A DNA stretch of 64,000 nucleotides from NCBI RefSeq assembly GCF_963921235.1, contig NC_086097.1, positions 146,570,001 to 146,634,000 on the forward strand, written 5' to 3'. The notes below the pieces were generated by a model. The model did not search any database, was not told where the DNA came from, and saw only the letters and a program-made list of their open reading frames with translations. A program made the translations under genes and the position numbers. Below, piece by piece: positions 1 through 12,949 of the stretch; the stretch's first letter is position 1; the number at the start of each line of letters is the position of its first letter. This DNA is from Mobula hypostoma. Taxonomy: Eukaryota.

Positions 1-188
1 CTTCTATCTCATTGTGTTCTATGAAGATACAATCTTTAGATTTCAATGTTATTCTTTTGTTTTGATGGTTTTCTGCAAGGTCAAAACTATTTTTGTTGAC
101 CTTATTGTACATTTGTTCCCATCAGCATTTGTTTAATCTGATATCACCGCTGGTTGTTTCTGAAGTGCACTGTTGTTTCTCATTGCAG

Positions 189-262
189 ATGTTGGACCCC
201 TTCAGCAGTGCTGAAGCATCACTTTCTGGAAGTTGTCAATCACTGGACAGATCGATAGACAG
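189..262 (+). CDS. map3k22: MEKK2/3-family kinase (map3k22-like), internal coding exon 1 of 9 in window: [24 protein letters not shown]
   Basis: ttgcag|ATG acceptor and AG|gttgat donor; 74 nt, ends in phase 2. Resembles the MAP3K3 linker [24 protein letters not shown] (recalled). Upstream exons (PB1 domain) would lie outside the window. Gene symbol inferred from the kinase signatures. Confidence 0.88.
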
Positions 263-570
263 GTTGATACTTGTAGTTGTGGATTTGTGTTCATTTATTT
301 TACAAATCTTATTAAGTGACTGTCTTTGCTTTCACTTTCTATTCCCTCTTGATCTGTGGCATGGTAAGAGGGTGTTGTAGGCTTCAGTATATTTCATTAA
401 TGACGCTAACTTAATTTTTACCTTTTCATTTAGTCATTTTTCAGGATCTGGGGGTTGCCATTAAGGCCAGCATTTATTGTCCATTCCTAATTACCCTTGA
501 GAATATGGTAGAGAGTCAGCTGCTTGAACTGCTGCATTCATTCTGTAGAAAATGTTCCCAGCATGGTATT

Positions 571-590
571 GGGGGGGGGGGGGTTGGGGG
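571..590 (+). repeat. Poly-G tract (G13-TT-G5)
   Basis: Directly visible. Confidence 0.9.
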
Positions 591-1150
591 TGCTCACTAG
601 CATAGGTTGCATATTTTGAATAAAACACCACACTAAAATTTTACTTTTGTTAAAAAGGTAATTGTTTAGTGTTTTGGAATGTTGAAGTCAATTGGATTGA
701 AAGGCTTACTTCATGATTTTATTTCTTAGAGTGAAAACATTTTGCCATATTTCACGTAATCTCGATGGTTGATCAAATTTGAAGTAGTTCTGAAGGCATG
801 ACTGTATCAGTGACTTTTCAGTTATCTGTTTTAGATCATCAGAATTTTTTTGTCCTAGTGATTTTTTGCAGTCAATTCAATTCTGACTTCTATTTATTTT
901 ATTTAATTTATCTTTGATAAAATTTGATCTTTTACAAGACCTCAGAATCTTAGAATTCTCTACATATTTCAAATATTTTTTCCTGTAAGGTGCGAAGAGA
1001 AATGGGCTATTCAGATCTTAATCCTGCCTGCCTTTCAATCATGTCATGAATAGAAATAACCTTTGTCTACCATGTAAGAATCTCTACCACTTAGTAACAT
1101 CAGTGTTTGATAAAAGTTTATCACATTCAATTTTAAAATTCTAATCTAAC

Positions 1151-1712
1151 GAAGTACCTACACTCCATCCGCCAAATAAAGCAGGACCTCCCAGTGGCCT
1201 CCCATTTTAATTCAATTTCCTATTCCCATTCTGAGTTGTCAGTCCATGGCCTCCTCCACTGTTGCAATGAAGCCACACTCAGGTTGGAGGAGCAATATTC
1301 CTTCTGTACCCCCCCCCACTTTCTCCATTCTCCATTCCCATTTTCCCCCTCTCACCTTATCTGCTTGCTTGCCCATCACCTCCCTCTGGTGCTCTTCCCC
1401 CTTTCTTTCATGGCCTTCTGTACTCTCATACCAGATTCCCCCTTCTCCAGCCCTGTATCTCTTTCACCTATCAACTTCCCAGCTCTTTACTCCCCCCTCC
1501 CATTTTCACATACCACCTAGTGTTTTTTCCTCCCCTCCTTCCACTTTCTAACTCTGACTTCTCATCTTTTTTTCACCAGTCCTGCTGAAGGGTCTCAGCC
1601 CGAAATGTCGACTGTACTCTTTTCCATAGATGCTGCCTGGCTTGCTGAATTCCTCCAGCATTTTGTGTATGTTACTTGGATTTCCAGCACCTGCAGATTT
1701 CCTCTTGTTTCT
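1151..1712 (+). mobile_element. Neptune-type PLE 3' fragment, internally deleted
   Basis: Similar to 53410-54055 (SHFNS..HSH...HGLLHC..EATLRLEEQ), C/T-rich tail, and a mutated hammerhead (CTGCTGA) at 1577-1614. Confidence 0.88.
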
Positions 1713-1959
1713 AATGAAGTTTGACAGCTTTCCAAGGGGAAATATTCCACATCTCTGTCTCTGTAGAGAAATGAGATGTGATGTCATTCTTGAGGAGCCT
1801 TCTCCAAATTTAAACTTCTTTCCTATTTTCTGTTCTTTCAATTTCCAGCTTCATTTAAAAGGTACGGCAATCTTCTCATGAGGAATAGATTCCTATAAAT
1901 GTATGTGATTAAGGTTTCATTGAAGGAACCAACATAAGAAGTTGGAAACATATTTATGA

Positions 1960-2670
1960 CAATGGCAAAAAAGGTATAGACCTAAGGATTGTGTAATTTC
2001 ACAATTCTGCAAGGAGAACCAAGCAATGATAAGAAGGAAAGGGAAAAGGAAATTAGATTATAAGAATAGGCTAGTGTGAAATATAAAAACATATTGTGAG
2101 AGTTTTTCAAGATGTATTGAAAAGAAAAGCTTCACTTAAGTTAATGTAATTCCCTTACAAGCTGAGACAGGAGAAATCATAATAGAAGAATGAACAGAAA
2201 TTTAATATTCTGTGTGTGTGTACTTTCACAGAAGAAAACAAAGAAAGACTTCTGGAAATATTGGACAAATCGTGGTTTAGAGTGAATAAGGAGCCCAAAG
2301 AAATTAGCAACAGCAAATAATATATTACTGAAGAGAGTAATGAGACTGAATGATGACTAATTTGCAGGGCATGATGAATTACACCCTAGAGTTCTGTAGG
2401 AAATACCTGTGAAAAGAGTGGATGTGCTGATTGTCATTTAACAAATTGCATGGTTGCATGAAGCAGGGGGGATTCTAGAAGGTTTTATTAGCTAAGTGGT
2501 GATTGGCCCTTCGAAATAATAATTGGACTGGAAGAATCAAACTAGGATTCATGAAAGGGAAATCATGTTTCATAAATCTGTTGAAACTCTTTGAGATTGT
2601 GACTAGTAAGATAGTGAGCGACAATCATGTTTATGTTTTGGACTTTGATTAGGGTTTTGATAAAGTATCA
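1960..2670 (+). mobile_element. Highly degenerate CR1 LINE RT fragment
   Basis: ggattcatgaaagggaaatcatgtttcataaatctgttg resembles CR1 GFMKGKSCLTNLLEFFE; followed by a LDF..FDKV-like segment. Confidence 0.65.
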
Positions 2671-2689
2671 AAAAAGAGATTATTACCTA

Positions 2690-3226
2690 CGCTCAGTGGC
2701 CACTTCATTAGGTACAGTAGTGGAACCTGGCATGGTCCTTTGCTGCTATAGCCCATCCACTTCAAGGTTCGACATGTTGTGCATTCAGAGATACTCTTTT
2801 GCACACCACTGTTGTAATGTGTGGTTATTTGAGCTATATTTGATTTCATGTCTGCTTGGATCACTCTGGCCACTCTCCTCTGACCTTTCTCTAATTTACA
2901 AAGCATTTTCACCCACAGAACTGCTGTTCACTGAATGTTTTTTGTTTTTCACGCCATTCTCTGTAAAGTCTAGAACCATTGTGCATAAAAATCCCAGTCA
3001 GTCAGCAGTTTCTGAGATACTGAAAGCATCCCGTCTGGCACCAGCAATCATTCTATGGTCTAAGTCACTTGGATCATTTTTCTTCCCCGTTCTGATGTTT
3101 GAACTGAACCTCTTGAGCATGTCTGAACACTTTTACGCATTGAGTTGCTGCCACTAGATTGACTAATTAGATACTTGCATTAACAAGCAGGTGTATAGGT
3201 ATACCTAATAAAGTGGCCTCTGAGTG
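2690..3226 (-). mobile_element. Internally deleted Tc1-type DNA transposon
   Basis: TIRs cgctcagtggccacttcattaggta / tacctaataaagtggcctctgagtg, with TA at 2688-2689. The - strand peptide GQRRVARVIQAD..AQITTHYNSGVQKSISECTTCRTLKWMGYSS resembles a Tc1 transposase HTH region. Confidence 0.85.
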
Positions 3227-3364
3227 TTCATTAGAGAAATTTTTACTGTTATCTAAATTGTCAAATACAAAGATCTTTTAGATCAATTTATTGAAGTACT
3301 TAAGAATTTTATATCTCATCTACTGTTTTTTAAAGTCTTTGTTCTTTATTTTCTCAAACCATAG

Positions 3365-3426
3365 TCCATCTTTCAGCCAGTCTGGACTTGCAAGGAGTTA
3401 TCCTGATGAATGCTTCAACTTTAAAG
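3365..3426 (+). CDS. map3k22: map3k22-like coding exon 2: (S)PSFSQSGLARSYPDECFNFK
   Basis: Pyrimidine tract then catag| acceptor; AAAG|gtgaga donor. 62 nt, phase 2 to phase 1, fits both neighbours. Resembles MAP3K3 SPSFRKSRMSRAQSFPD. Confidence 0.85.
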
Positions 3427-4489
3427 GTGAGAATTTCATACAAATCAGCTGTTAATGTTGTGAACTGTAAAAAAAAAAATCAGAATTAATATTAGAAAGC
3501 AAATAATTAGCAGGACAAAACTGGTGTCAAACAAAATTGCCTAGATAACGGAACCATACAGTTGTGTGCAAAAACTGTCAGGTCAATTGAATGGCCTCTT
3601 TCATTTGCAAATGATATTTTTGCATGATTATAGAAAATTATGTATTTGGTGTCAACAAGAAGAACGGGGCTAGAATAATGGGACTAAATATGAATGGAAG
3701 ATTGCTAAAACAGTATAAGCTCGTTCGTTTTGGGTAACAACTGAAGCACTGAGGAGGCTCAGTGAACATCTTTGCCCTCAATGGAGGCAGAGACCAGAGT
3801 TTCAGTGCAAACACACTGATAGATTTGCAACCATCTTCAGCCAGAAATGCAGAGTGGAACATTCACTTTGGCTTCATCCTGAGATCGCACTGCAGTAGAG
3901 CCTAGTTTGAAACTCTCGAGAAAAATGCCGAGTGGCATATGAGAGAAGTTTAATTTGCTGAGGAGCCATATCGCATCAAGGACTTGCTATGTTTGGTGGG
4001 ATGAGGATGAATAACAATTGCAACAGACTGAGTTCAAATCAAATGATTACTGCCCTAACATACAAATTCTGTCAGCTCATTGAGGACAGCATGTAATTGC
4101 CCAGTAATAAATTCCATGGGATATTTTGCAGACAGGTCAGGTCATCACAATAGTAGGTGTTCAGTTGAATAAAACCACAAGCTTTTACAATTACACTGCA
4201 TTTCAAAGGTGGAAAATATTCTGAGCCTTCACTCTGCCAAATATTTTTTCCTTGATACGTAACCTTGAATTGAGAAAATTAGTCAGTTCTTTTGTGATTA
4301 TTGAGAAGGTTTGGAATTTTTATCTTCTATTACATCATCCAGCTTCATAAGGATCAAACCGCTTTCAAGTTTGTGTGGACTGATACTTGTACATATTATT
4401 AATGGCTAGTAATTACATGAGAACATTTCCCATAATCTAGGACGTACACTGTGAATGTTAGAGCCCGGGTAAGTGTTACTGAACACCAA

Positions 4490-5090
4490 GACCCTGGGGT
4501 ACAAGTACATTTTTCCCTGAAAGTGGTGACACAGGTGGACAGAATGTTGAAAAGTGTGCTTGCTATCTTCAGTCAAGGTATTGGGTAGGAGTGTTGAGAC
4601 ATGCTGTTTCAGTTGTACAACTACTGGTTAGTCTGCACCTGGAGTATTGCGTGTGGTTCTGGTCAGAATACCATCACAAAAATGTGTTTAAATTTAGAGG
4701 GGATGTAGAAGAGATTCTCAGCAATATTACATGGACCAGAGGGCTTGAGTTATAAGGGGAGATTCAGTAGTCTAAGAATGTTTTCCTTGGATCGAAGGAG
4801 GTTGAGGGATGACTTTATTAGAGATCTGTAAAGTTCTGAAGGACGTAGATAGGGTAGATAGTCACAGACTTTTCCCCAAGGTAGGGCAGACTAAAACGAT
4901 CAAGTATAGGTTTAAGTGAAAGAGGAGGTTTGAAGGGGGTCTGAGGAACAGAGTTTTCACACAAAGGATGGTGGGTATATGGAACAAGTTGCCAGAGATG
5001 GCAGTAAAGGCAGGAAAATTATAGCATAAAGAAAAACATTCAGCCAGGTACATTGATCGGAAAGTGGGATATGGCCAAATGCAGGTAAAT
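4490..5090 (+). mobile_element. Degenerate CR1 LINE 3' fragment
   Basis: ctggttagtctgcacctggagtattgcgtgtggttctggtc resembles LVRPHLEYCVQFWS; CR1-like 3' region follows. Confidence 0.8.
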
Positions 5091-5511
5091 AGCGCCTAAG
5101 ACTTTTGCACAAGACTCTAGTTTATCTGTTACACTGTACTGGTGCCACAAAAAAAAGACAGAATTCATGACATGAGTGATGATAAACCTGATTCTGATAT
5201 TGGTCTCTATTGTAGGTTGAGAGTGGAAAGGGGGTAGGGAGAGGGAATTCATGGTTGGGAAAAGGGGAAGGGCGTGGGGAAGGAGCAGGAAGTACCAGAG
5301 AGACATTCTGTAATGATGAATAAACTGATTGTAATCAACTGACCTTGCCTGGTGTCTCAGGTCTGAGTGTGTTTGCATCCGTGCCACCCCCCACACTCAT
5401 CCTCTGCCACCTTTCCCACACCTCTCCCATGGTGCTGCATTCTTGTCATTCCCAGCACCCTTTGCTCCCACCAGATTTACAAAGTGGCTCACCACTCCAT
5501 GTTGACAATTA

Positions 5512-5625
5512 CAGTACTGTGCAAAAGTCTTAGGCACCCTAACACACACACACACGTCTCTCTCTCTCTCTCTTTACATACACACACACACCTCTCTCTC
5601 TCTCTCTCCCTCCCTCCCTCTCTTT

Positions 5626-5660
<35 letters not shown>

Positions 5661-5690
5661 GTATGTGCCTAAACCATTTACACAGTACTG
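5512..5690. mobile_element. Tc1/mariner-type MITE whose interior is (CA)n/(CT)n/(TA)n microsatellite
   Basis: 26-bp TIRs cagtactgtgcaaaagtcttaggcac (22/26 match), flanked by TA at 5510-5511 and 5691-5692. Confidence 0.85.
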
Positions 5691-6919
5691 TAACTGTGTG
5701 AATATATACAAACCTCACAATCTATTCTACTTAAATATTTGTCAGACGAATGTTTCAGTTCCTTGACTAATTACAGACCCGCTGTTAATTTTAATATATA
5801 AACATTTCAGTCAGTTGAAAAATCCCACAGATGTTTCCAATGATGACTCTAAACAGATGCATCTTAACATTTGTATTAGTAGAACTTGTAATGCTTTTCT
5901 CTGCATGACGCAGATCATGAGATCCCTCCTATTCAGTCCGTACTTTAGCAATAACTGTAATATGGCCCAATTAGCAAGAGTATAAATGCCAAAGTTGACT
6001 TTAATTTGCTCTTATAACTAAGATCATTTTAAATATGTTGCCTACTGCTGTGTTTCTGGATATTATTTTAATAACATTTTGATAAAATGTTGTGTCCATA
6101 TCAACATTCCTCCTTTTAAATCTGCAAATGATTTATTCTGAAAATTATTCCTGTAAGTGTGTCCAAAATTTCTTCTGGGCATAGTTTTCTGACTGGAGGT
6201 CAGAGCCTAGTTAATTGGTTAGGTGTGGCTGTGTCACAAGGGGACCTCTCTGAACATGGATGACTAGCATTGCCTGAATGTCTTTGACAACCGGTGGGAC
6301 CCCACCTCTAGGTGTGCTGGCTGTTCAAACTGTGTTCTGTGGCCAATAGATTTGGAGAATGCTGTCACGATATAAGATTTACAACTCAAACCATCATGCA
6401 AGAAATGCCATTTTCTTTTATTCAGTGTCTTATCGCAGTGTTGGTTTTAACTGAGAACCGGGGGAAATTGAGAGAGAATAAAAGAGACAATAGATCATGG
6501 CATCCTAATCCTGTTTGTAATGTCTTTTCTGCCTTTTCAGGAGTGGGTTGTTTAAAATGACTATGTTCAACAAATATTAAAACACATGAAATTATTTTGT
6601 TCTCCATACTCATCATAACATAGATTTACTGAGGAATGAAATTCTGGTTTGTGTTACTGCCTTTCCATTGTACACACGTTATATAGAGCTTTCAAATGAT
6701 TTTCCTAATTGATTAGACATAGACATGGAAACATAGCCTTGTACAGAATGGAAACAAGCCCTTCTACCCAACTTGTCCATGCTGACCAAAGTGCCAACTG
6801 AAGCAAGTTCCAGTTGCCTACATTTGGTCCATATCCACTAAACTTTTCCTATCAATGTGGTTAATCTAAATGTCTCTTAAATGTTGTTATTGTACCTTCT
6901 TAAATTGCTTTTCCTGGCA

Positions 6920-7258
6920 GATTATAGAGCCATACATTATGGAAAAAGGCCCTTCAGCCCATCAATCATTAAGGACGCATTTATATGAACCTTACACAAA
7001 ACTAATCTTATGTTCCCATCAATGGACCCCAACCCCCAGATTCTGTTACTTAGCTACACTCTATGGGCAGCTTGCTGTGACCAGTTAATCCACAAATCTG
7101 CCCACCTTTGCAATGAGGGAGGAAATCCAAGGACTGGGAGAAAACCCATACTGTTTCTGCACAGCCTGCAAACTCCACACAGACAGTACTGGAAGTCAGG
7201 ATGGAACCTGAGTTGCTGAAGTTGTATGATAACAATTCTAATTGCTCAGCACTGTGCA
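6920..7258 (-). mobile_element. Degenerate tRNA-derived SINE (HE1/V-SINE-like)
   Basis: gggaggaaatcca...caaactccacacagacag...ggatggaacctgagttgctg; same layout as 51572-51839. Confidence 0.6.
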
Positions 7259-8479
7259 ACCTATTCCCAATTGTTTTCTGGGAATAGGTCCTCAGAAACA
7301 TTCTTTAATTATATTAATAGACCTTTCAATCTCTAATCTCACTAAACTTGGAGCCAGAGTGCATGTCTGTTGCTAAACTGATTATTTGGTGTTTAATTTA
7401 GCTTGCTCTTCATGTTTCCTGTGCAAATCAAGTTTTGGTAGTTGAAAACTGCTAACTAGAGGCCGGAGCTTTTAGCCTTCAAACTGCAGATTCAGAGAAG
7501 CCAAGGTGTAATATTTGTCAGGTATGAGTAGGTTGACAGAGTGCATTAAAGATTTTTAGGTGGGTGTCAGTAGATCTCCTGTGGCAGTGAATGGAAGAGG
7601 TCAGAAAAGACGTCATTGGAATGAAGAGCGTGGAACCACAACACACATTTAGTCAATAGATCTGGTCGGAAGTTTATAATTGCACTTCCTTTCAAGAGTA
7701 AAGCAGGAATTTTATGTCCCAAAACATGTTGGTCTTCCAGTTTAAGGAGATGATTACAAGTGAATGCTGCCAACTGGCCTATTACAGGGTGCAGAAGAAT
7801 GCAGCCACTAGAATTGCTCTGTGGGAAAGGATCAAATTCTAGGCTCCTGCCACCGTTCACTACTGAAGGTCTGGGTCCTCTGCAGGAGCATCATGTGCGT
7901 ACCGTCCAAAAAGGAAACATGAGAGGAATTGGTGTATTGTAGGAGAGCGGATTGATTTGATGGTACAATGAAATTAAAGATGGGAATTGATTGTATACGC
8001 TATTACAAATAAAAAAGAAAAAACATCATTAAACCTTGTTCAAACTTTTAAGTTGAAAGTGGTGAAACTGAATTCAGTAAATGGAATCTGCGATGGCAGC
8101 AGAACAAAGCAGAAAATTGCTGTAATGGTGTTAACAAAAGCGGAACAGCAGTTTTACTACTGACTTTCATCAGGGAAAAAGAACTTCCTTCCTCTGCATA
8201 GTGTGGCCAGCATATGATTCTAACCCATAGATCCTTTTAAATTTCTGATTGCCTATGCTGCTTTGAGGCGTGCACTAGCGGCTTTTAAGAACTGTTAGAG
8301 ATGGGTAGTGGAAAGACTAACACTAACCAGTGTTACTCTTTCAGTAAGAACAAATAGAAATGTTAATTTTGTGGCTTTAAGTGTGTATAAATGTTTGGTA
8401 CTTTAGGAGGTATTGCTGCAATTTTTGTTCCCCTGATTTAGAACAACTAATAATTAAATGTAGGCCATTCTGTTTTCCT

Positions 8480-10882
8480 CGAGAGTTCTAATCTGTGATA
8501 CTGACTTCAGTTTACGTACCACCAGCAGCTAGTTATAAGTAAGCACTCAAGAACCTGCACTATGCTGTCTGTAACCAAGAAACGGCCCATTCCAACACAT
8601 TTCAAAATATAGTTGGCGACTTTAACCAGCCCTCTTCGAAGACAACACTGCCCAATCATCACTAGCACGTAACCTGTTGCACCAGAGGTCCCAACACACT
8701 AGACCACTGCTATACTATGATAAGGAATACCTATCATTCTTTCCCTAGAATGCATCTTGGCAAGTTGGATCATATGGCTGCACTCTTGCTACCTGCATAC
8801 AGACGGAGCCTAAAGAGCAAGGCTCCAGAGGTCAAGTCAACCAAGAGATGGTTGCAGGAGGCTGAGAAACTGTTACACGATTGCCTTGAGTCAATGGAGT
8901 GGCCCGTGTTCAAGAACTTATCTGAGGACCCTAATGACTTCACCACGGTCGTTACAGGCTTTATTAAAAAAGCTGTGGATGAGTGTGTCCCCATGAAACC
9001 ATTCAGTGTTTTCCCCAATCAGTAGCCCTAGATGAACAATGAAATCCGGAACTTGCTGAGAGCTAGGTCAGATGCATTCAAGTCTGGAGATCAGGAATGC
9101 TACAAGAGGTGCAGGTATGATCTCTGGAAAGCCATCTCTCAGGTGAAGTGGAGATTCCGGACTAGACTGGAATCAACGAGGGATGCCTGACAGCTGCGGC
9201 AGCGTTTGGATACCATAAACTACAAAGCCAAATCTTGCGACATAAGTGACAGCAGAGCTTTGCTTCTAGATGATCTCAATACCTTCTATGCTCACTTTGA
9301 CCACCAGAACAGGGAGGAACCATCACAAACCCCTGTGTGTCCCAGTGATCCTTTGGTCTCAGTATCTGAAGATGACATGCGGGCTCCCTTCAAGAGAGTG
9401 AATCCAAGGGAAGTATCCGGTCCAGGTGGAGTATTGGCTGAGTACTGAAAGCCTGTGCAAACCAACTGGCTGATGTATTCGTGGATATCTTCAATCTCTA
9501 GCACTGGCAGTGTGTGCTACCCAACTGCTTCAAGCAGGCTTCAATCATACTGGTGCCCAAGAAGAGCATGGTAACCTGTCTAAATGACTGTTGCCCAGTG
9601 ACACTTGCATCCACAATGATGAAGTGTTTTGAGAGGCTGGTGTTGAAGCATATCAGCTCCTGTCTGAATGGTGACTTGGATCTGCTCCATTTCACCTACT
9701 GAAGCAACAGGTTTCCAGCGGATGCCACCTTGTTAGCACTTCACACAACCCTGGAGCATCTGGACATCAATGATGCATACATCAGGATGCTCTTTATCAA
9801 TTATAGCTCAATATTTAACATCATCATCCCCTCAAAATTAATCAGTAGACTCTAATACCCCCTTGTGCAATTGGATCCTGGATTTCCTCACTTGTAGATC
9901 CCAGTCAGTTTGGATTGACAAAAACATCTCCTCCACAATCTCAATCAGCACAGGAGCACTATAGGGATGTGCACTTAGCTCCCTGCTCTACTCGATTTAC
10001 ACCTATGATTGTGTGGCTAAGTACAGCTCCAACACCGTATACGAGTTTGCTGATGACACCACTGTTGTGGGCTGTATCAAAGATGGTGATGAATCAGCAT
10101 ACAGGAGGTGAGATTGAAAACTTGGCTGAGTAGTGTAATAACAACAACCTCTCACTCAATGTCAGTATGACCAAGAAACTGATTGTAGTCTTCAGGAGAA
10201 GGAAACCAGAGGTCCACGAGCCAGTAATCACTGGAGGATCAGAGGTGGAGAGGGTCAGTAACTTTAAATTCCTGGGTGTCACTATCTCAGAGGATCTGTC
10301 CTGGACCCTTCAGGTAAATATTATTACAACAAAAGCACGACAGCACCTCTACTTCCTCAGAAGTTTGTGGAGTTTGGCATATCATCAAAAACCTTGGCAA
10401 ACTTCTATAGATGTGCGGTAGAAAGTGTGCTGACTGGCTGCATTATGGCCTGGTATGGGAACACCAATGCCTTTGAGTGGAAAATCCTACAAAAGGTTGT
10501 AGAATCGTCCGAGTACATCACAGGTAAAACCCTCCCAACCATCGAGCACATCTACATGAAACACTGCTGTAGAAGGTACAGATGCCTCAGGACTCGCACC
10601 GCCAGGTTCAAGAACAGTTACTACCCTTCCACAATCAAGCTCTTGAACAGAAGGGGGTAGCTACACTCACTTAAGGACTGTTATATTGTTATTTCATGCT
10701 TGTAATTTATTGCTATTTATTTATATCTACATTTGCACAGTTTGTTTACAGTTGACAGTTTGTGATGCTTACAGTTTATAGTTACTGTTCTATAGATTTA
10801 CTAAGTATGCCTGCAGCAAAAGAATCTTAAAGAGTTGTATGTAGTGACATGTATGTATTCTGATAATAAATTTTACTTTGGA
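8480..10882 (+). mobile_element. Rex1/Babar-type LINE, long decayed copy (APE endonuclease + RT)
   Basis: GDFNQ, TRGPNTLDHCYT, LDH, CFKQASIILVPKK, MMKCFERLV, FADDT and FKFLGV spread across frameshifts and stops; tail tctgataataaattttactttg. Confidence 0.9.
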
Positions 10883-10952
10883 CTGTGAAATAAATGCGTA
10901 ACAGCTGATTGTGTTACTCTGAAGAACTAATTCACACCTTAAGAAACAGGCT

Positions 10953-11120
10953 ACACGCACAAAATGGTGGAGGAGCTCAGTAGATCAGGCAGCATCTATG
11001 GAGAGAAATAAACAGTCGACATTTTGGGCCAAGGCTCTTCATCAGGACTGTCTTTTCCCTCCCTAGACACTGCCTGACCTATTGATTGCATTGCACATGA
11101 TTTCCAGCATCTCCTGCATT
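10953..11120. mobile_element. Older fold-back PLE-terminus element
   Basis: A - strand tail ending at atcaggactg (11050) is followed by a decayed + strand tail. Confidence 0.7.
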
Positions 11121-11409
11121 TGTCAAAATGTCTGCCTTGACATCAGGTATTCACCACAGCAGTCAAACTGCTTGGAGGTGAGTGGTACACTGGACCTTTT
11201 CAAGTCTGAGACTTCCAAGATTTTCCAAAAAAAAATACTTCTTCAGATGGCCTGCATCTTTCTGACTTTTCACACCTTTTTTGGCTCTCCCGTTGTCTTG
11301 CAATTAAAAATCTTTTCACTTTTATGTTTCCCCGATTATGATTACAGGAGTGCACCTAGAAGTCACTTTACAGCTCATCTAGAACACAAATACAGACCTG
11401 CTCACTCTT

Positions 11410-11930
11410 GCCTACAAGCTAGTACATTGACTTTCTACTACACTCTCCCCACAAACCAAACACATAGCCCCTACGCCAGCAATTATCGTGTGCGTACACC
11501 ATTCCTCAGTCCACAGACCCCACAACTTCCCCTTTCTACACACAGTGCAGCACTCTTGCATCAACAGGTATCCCTCAACAATGTCACACAGAAAACACCC
11601 CATATTCACAGTCTGTCAATGACTAACACCCTCTCTCATTCCCCATCCCTATCATGTACATGCCACACTACAACCCCATCCCTGCACACCACTCATCACC
11701 TCTTCCTTTATCCCACATTGTCACACCACCATTGCCATATAGACTATCCACATACCATAGCAAACTCAATTCCCCACATACCACGTGTTGACCTCCAATC
11801 CCCCATCCCATATACACCATGCCAGTACTCTTCCTCAATACACCGCTCTTAATCTTTCATACTCTGCCCACTGGCCCATTCCTCTTCCATATCACACAAT
11901 ACTTTCATACCAATGACAGAGAAACCATCA
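11410..11930. repeat. C/A-rich low-complexity tract
   Basis: Strong C+A bias with recurring cacac/ccccat/atacc motifs and very few G. Confidence 0.6.
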
Positions 11931-12084
11931 GCCCTTGTCCTATCTTTTGTAGCGACTAGTGATCCAGAGTCAGTCGGGGAGTAACTCGGAGATTAAAAAG
12001 CAGAACCTCATGTAATCTCTTGATCAACACTGTTGCTTTTTTGGAGTGATTTTATAAAAGGGAAACGAGTATAAGTAAATACAT

Positions 12085-12560
12085 CATGAACCAGCTGCCT
12101 TGCATCAGCCTACCTGCCATCAAGGATTTATATACAGAAATATGCTGGGGGAAAAAACCAGCAATATCATGAAGGATCCCATACCCTGTGCTCCCACTCC
12201 CATCAGGGAAGATGCTGTGCAGCATCCACAGCAGGACCACTAGACTCAATAACAGTTACTTCCCTCAAGCTGTCAGGCTGATCAACACCTCTATTCATTA
12301 ACCCACCCAACTATATCCCCCAGCATCACTATTTATCATTTTCTGTCAGAGTCACCTTGTGTACAGACACGCCTGCACTTCCACCACTTTATGGACATAC
12401 AATCGGTCCATAAGCTAAGCTTATGTATTTATATTTATTGTATTTATATGCTTATGTTCTTTATGTTTATTTTCTTTAATATTGCACCAGATCCGGACTA
12501 ACAATAATTTCATTCTCCTTTGTGCTTGTGCATTGAAGAATGACAATAAGCAATCTTGAA
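12085..12560 (+). mobile_element. Rex1-type LINE 3' fragment
   Basis: ctacctgccatcaaggatttatatacag...aacagttacttccctcaagctgtcaggctg; tail ending gacaataagcaatcttgaa. Confidence 0.75.
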
Positions 12561-12949
12561 CATAGCCAGCCCCTGTATCAGTGTGGGGAGGTTTGCAAGT
12601 GCATGGGAAAGGGTTTAAACCAGTTTGGCAGTGGGAATTGGGATGTAGTCTTACAATTGGAGGATGATTGGAACAAGTGTTTGGGAACGAAGTAAGCACT
12701 TACTGTATATGGAAACTGATCAAGAGGAAATATAAGATAGACCTTTTGGTTATGGTACAAGCTGACAGAGTGTGGTGAATTCAGTAAGTGAGCCAGGGTC
12801 ACAAACATCTCATGGAAAATAATCTTCTGACAATAAAGATCTGACTCAAACAGGTCAGTGTTTGATGCAGAAATGCTGGACATTCATCTCCTTTTGCTCA
12901 TGGTATATAGCAGTCCCAGTACCATGGTATATAGTAGATCCATTCCATT

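Noticed and set aside
93..380. ORF-track proteins at 93, 22105 and 33980 as standalone genes
   Set aside because: Each is a kinase exon plus read-through into intron, or an internal Met.
2627..3157. 176-aa + strand ORF
   Set aside because: Antisense reading of the Tc1 remnant.
11082..11852. 256-aa ORF rich in H/T/P/S
   Set aside because: Starts in a PLE remnant and runs through C/A-rich low-complexity DNA that is poor in stop codons; no domain or splice support.
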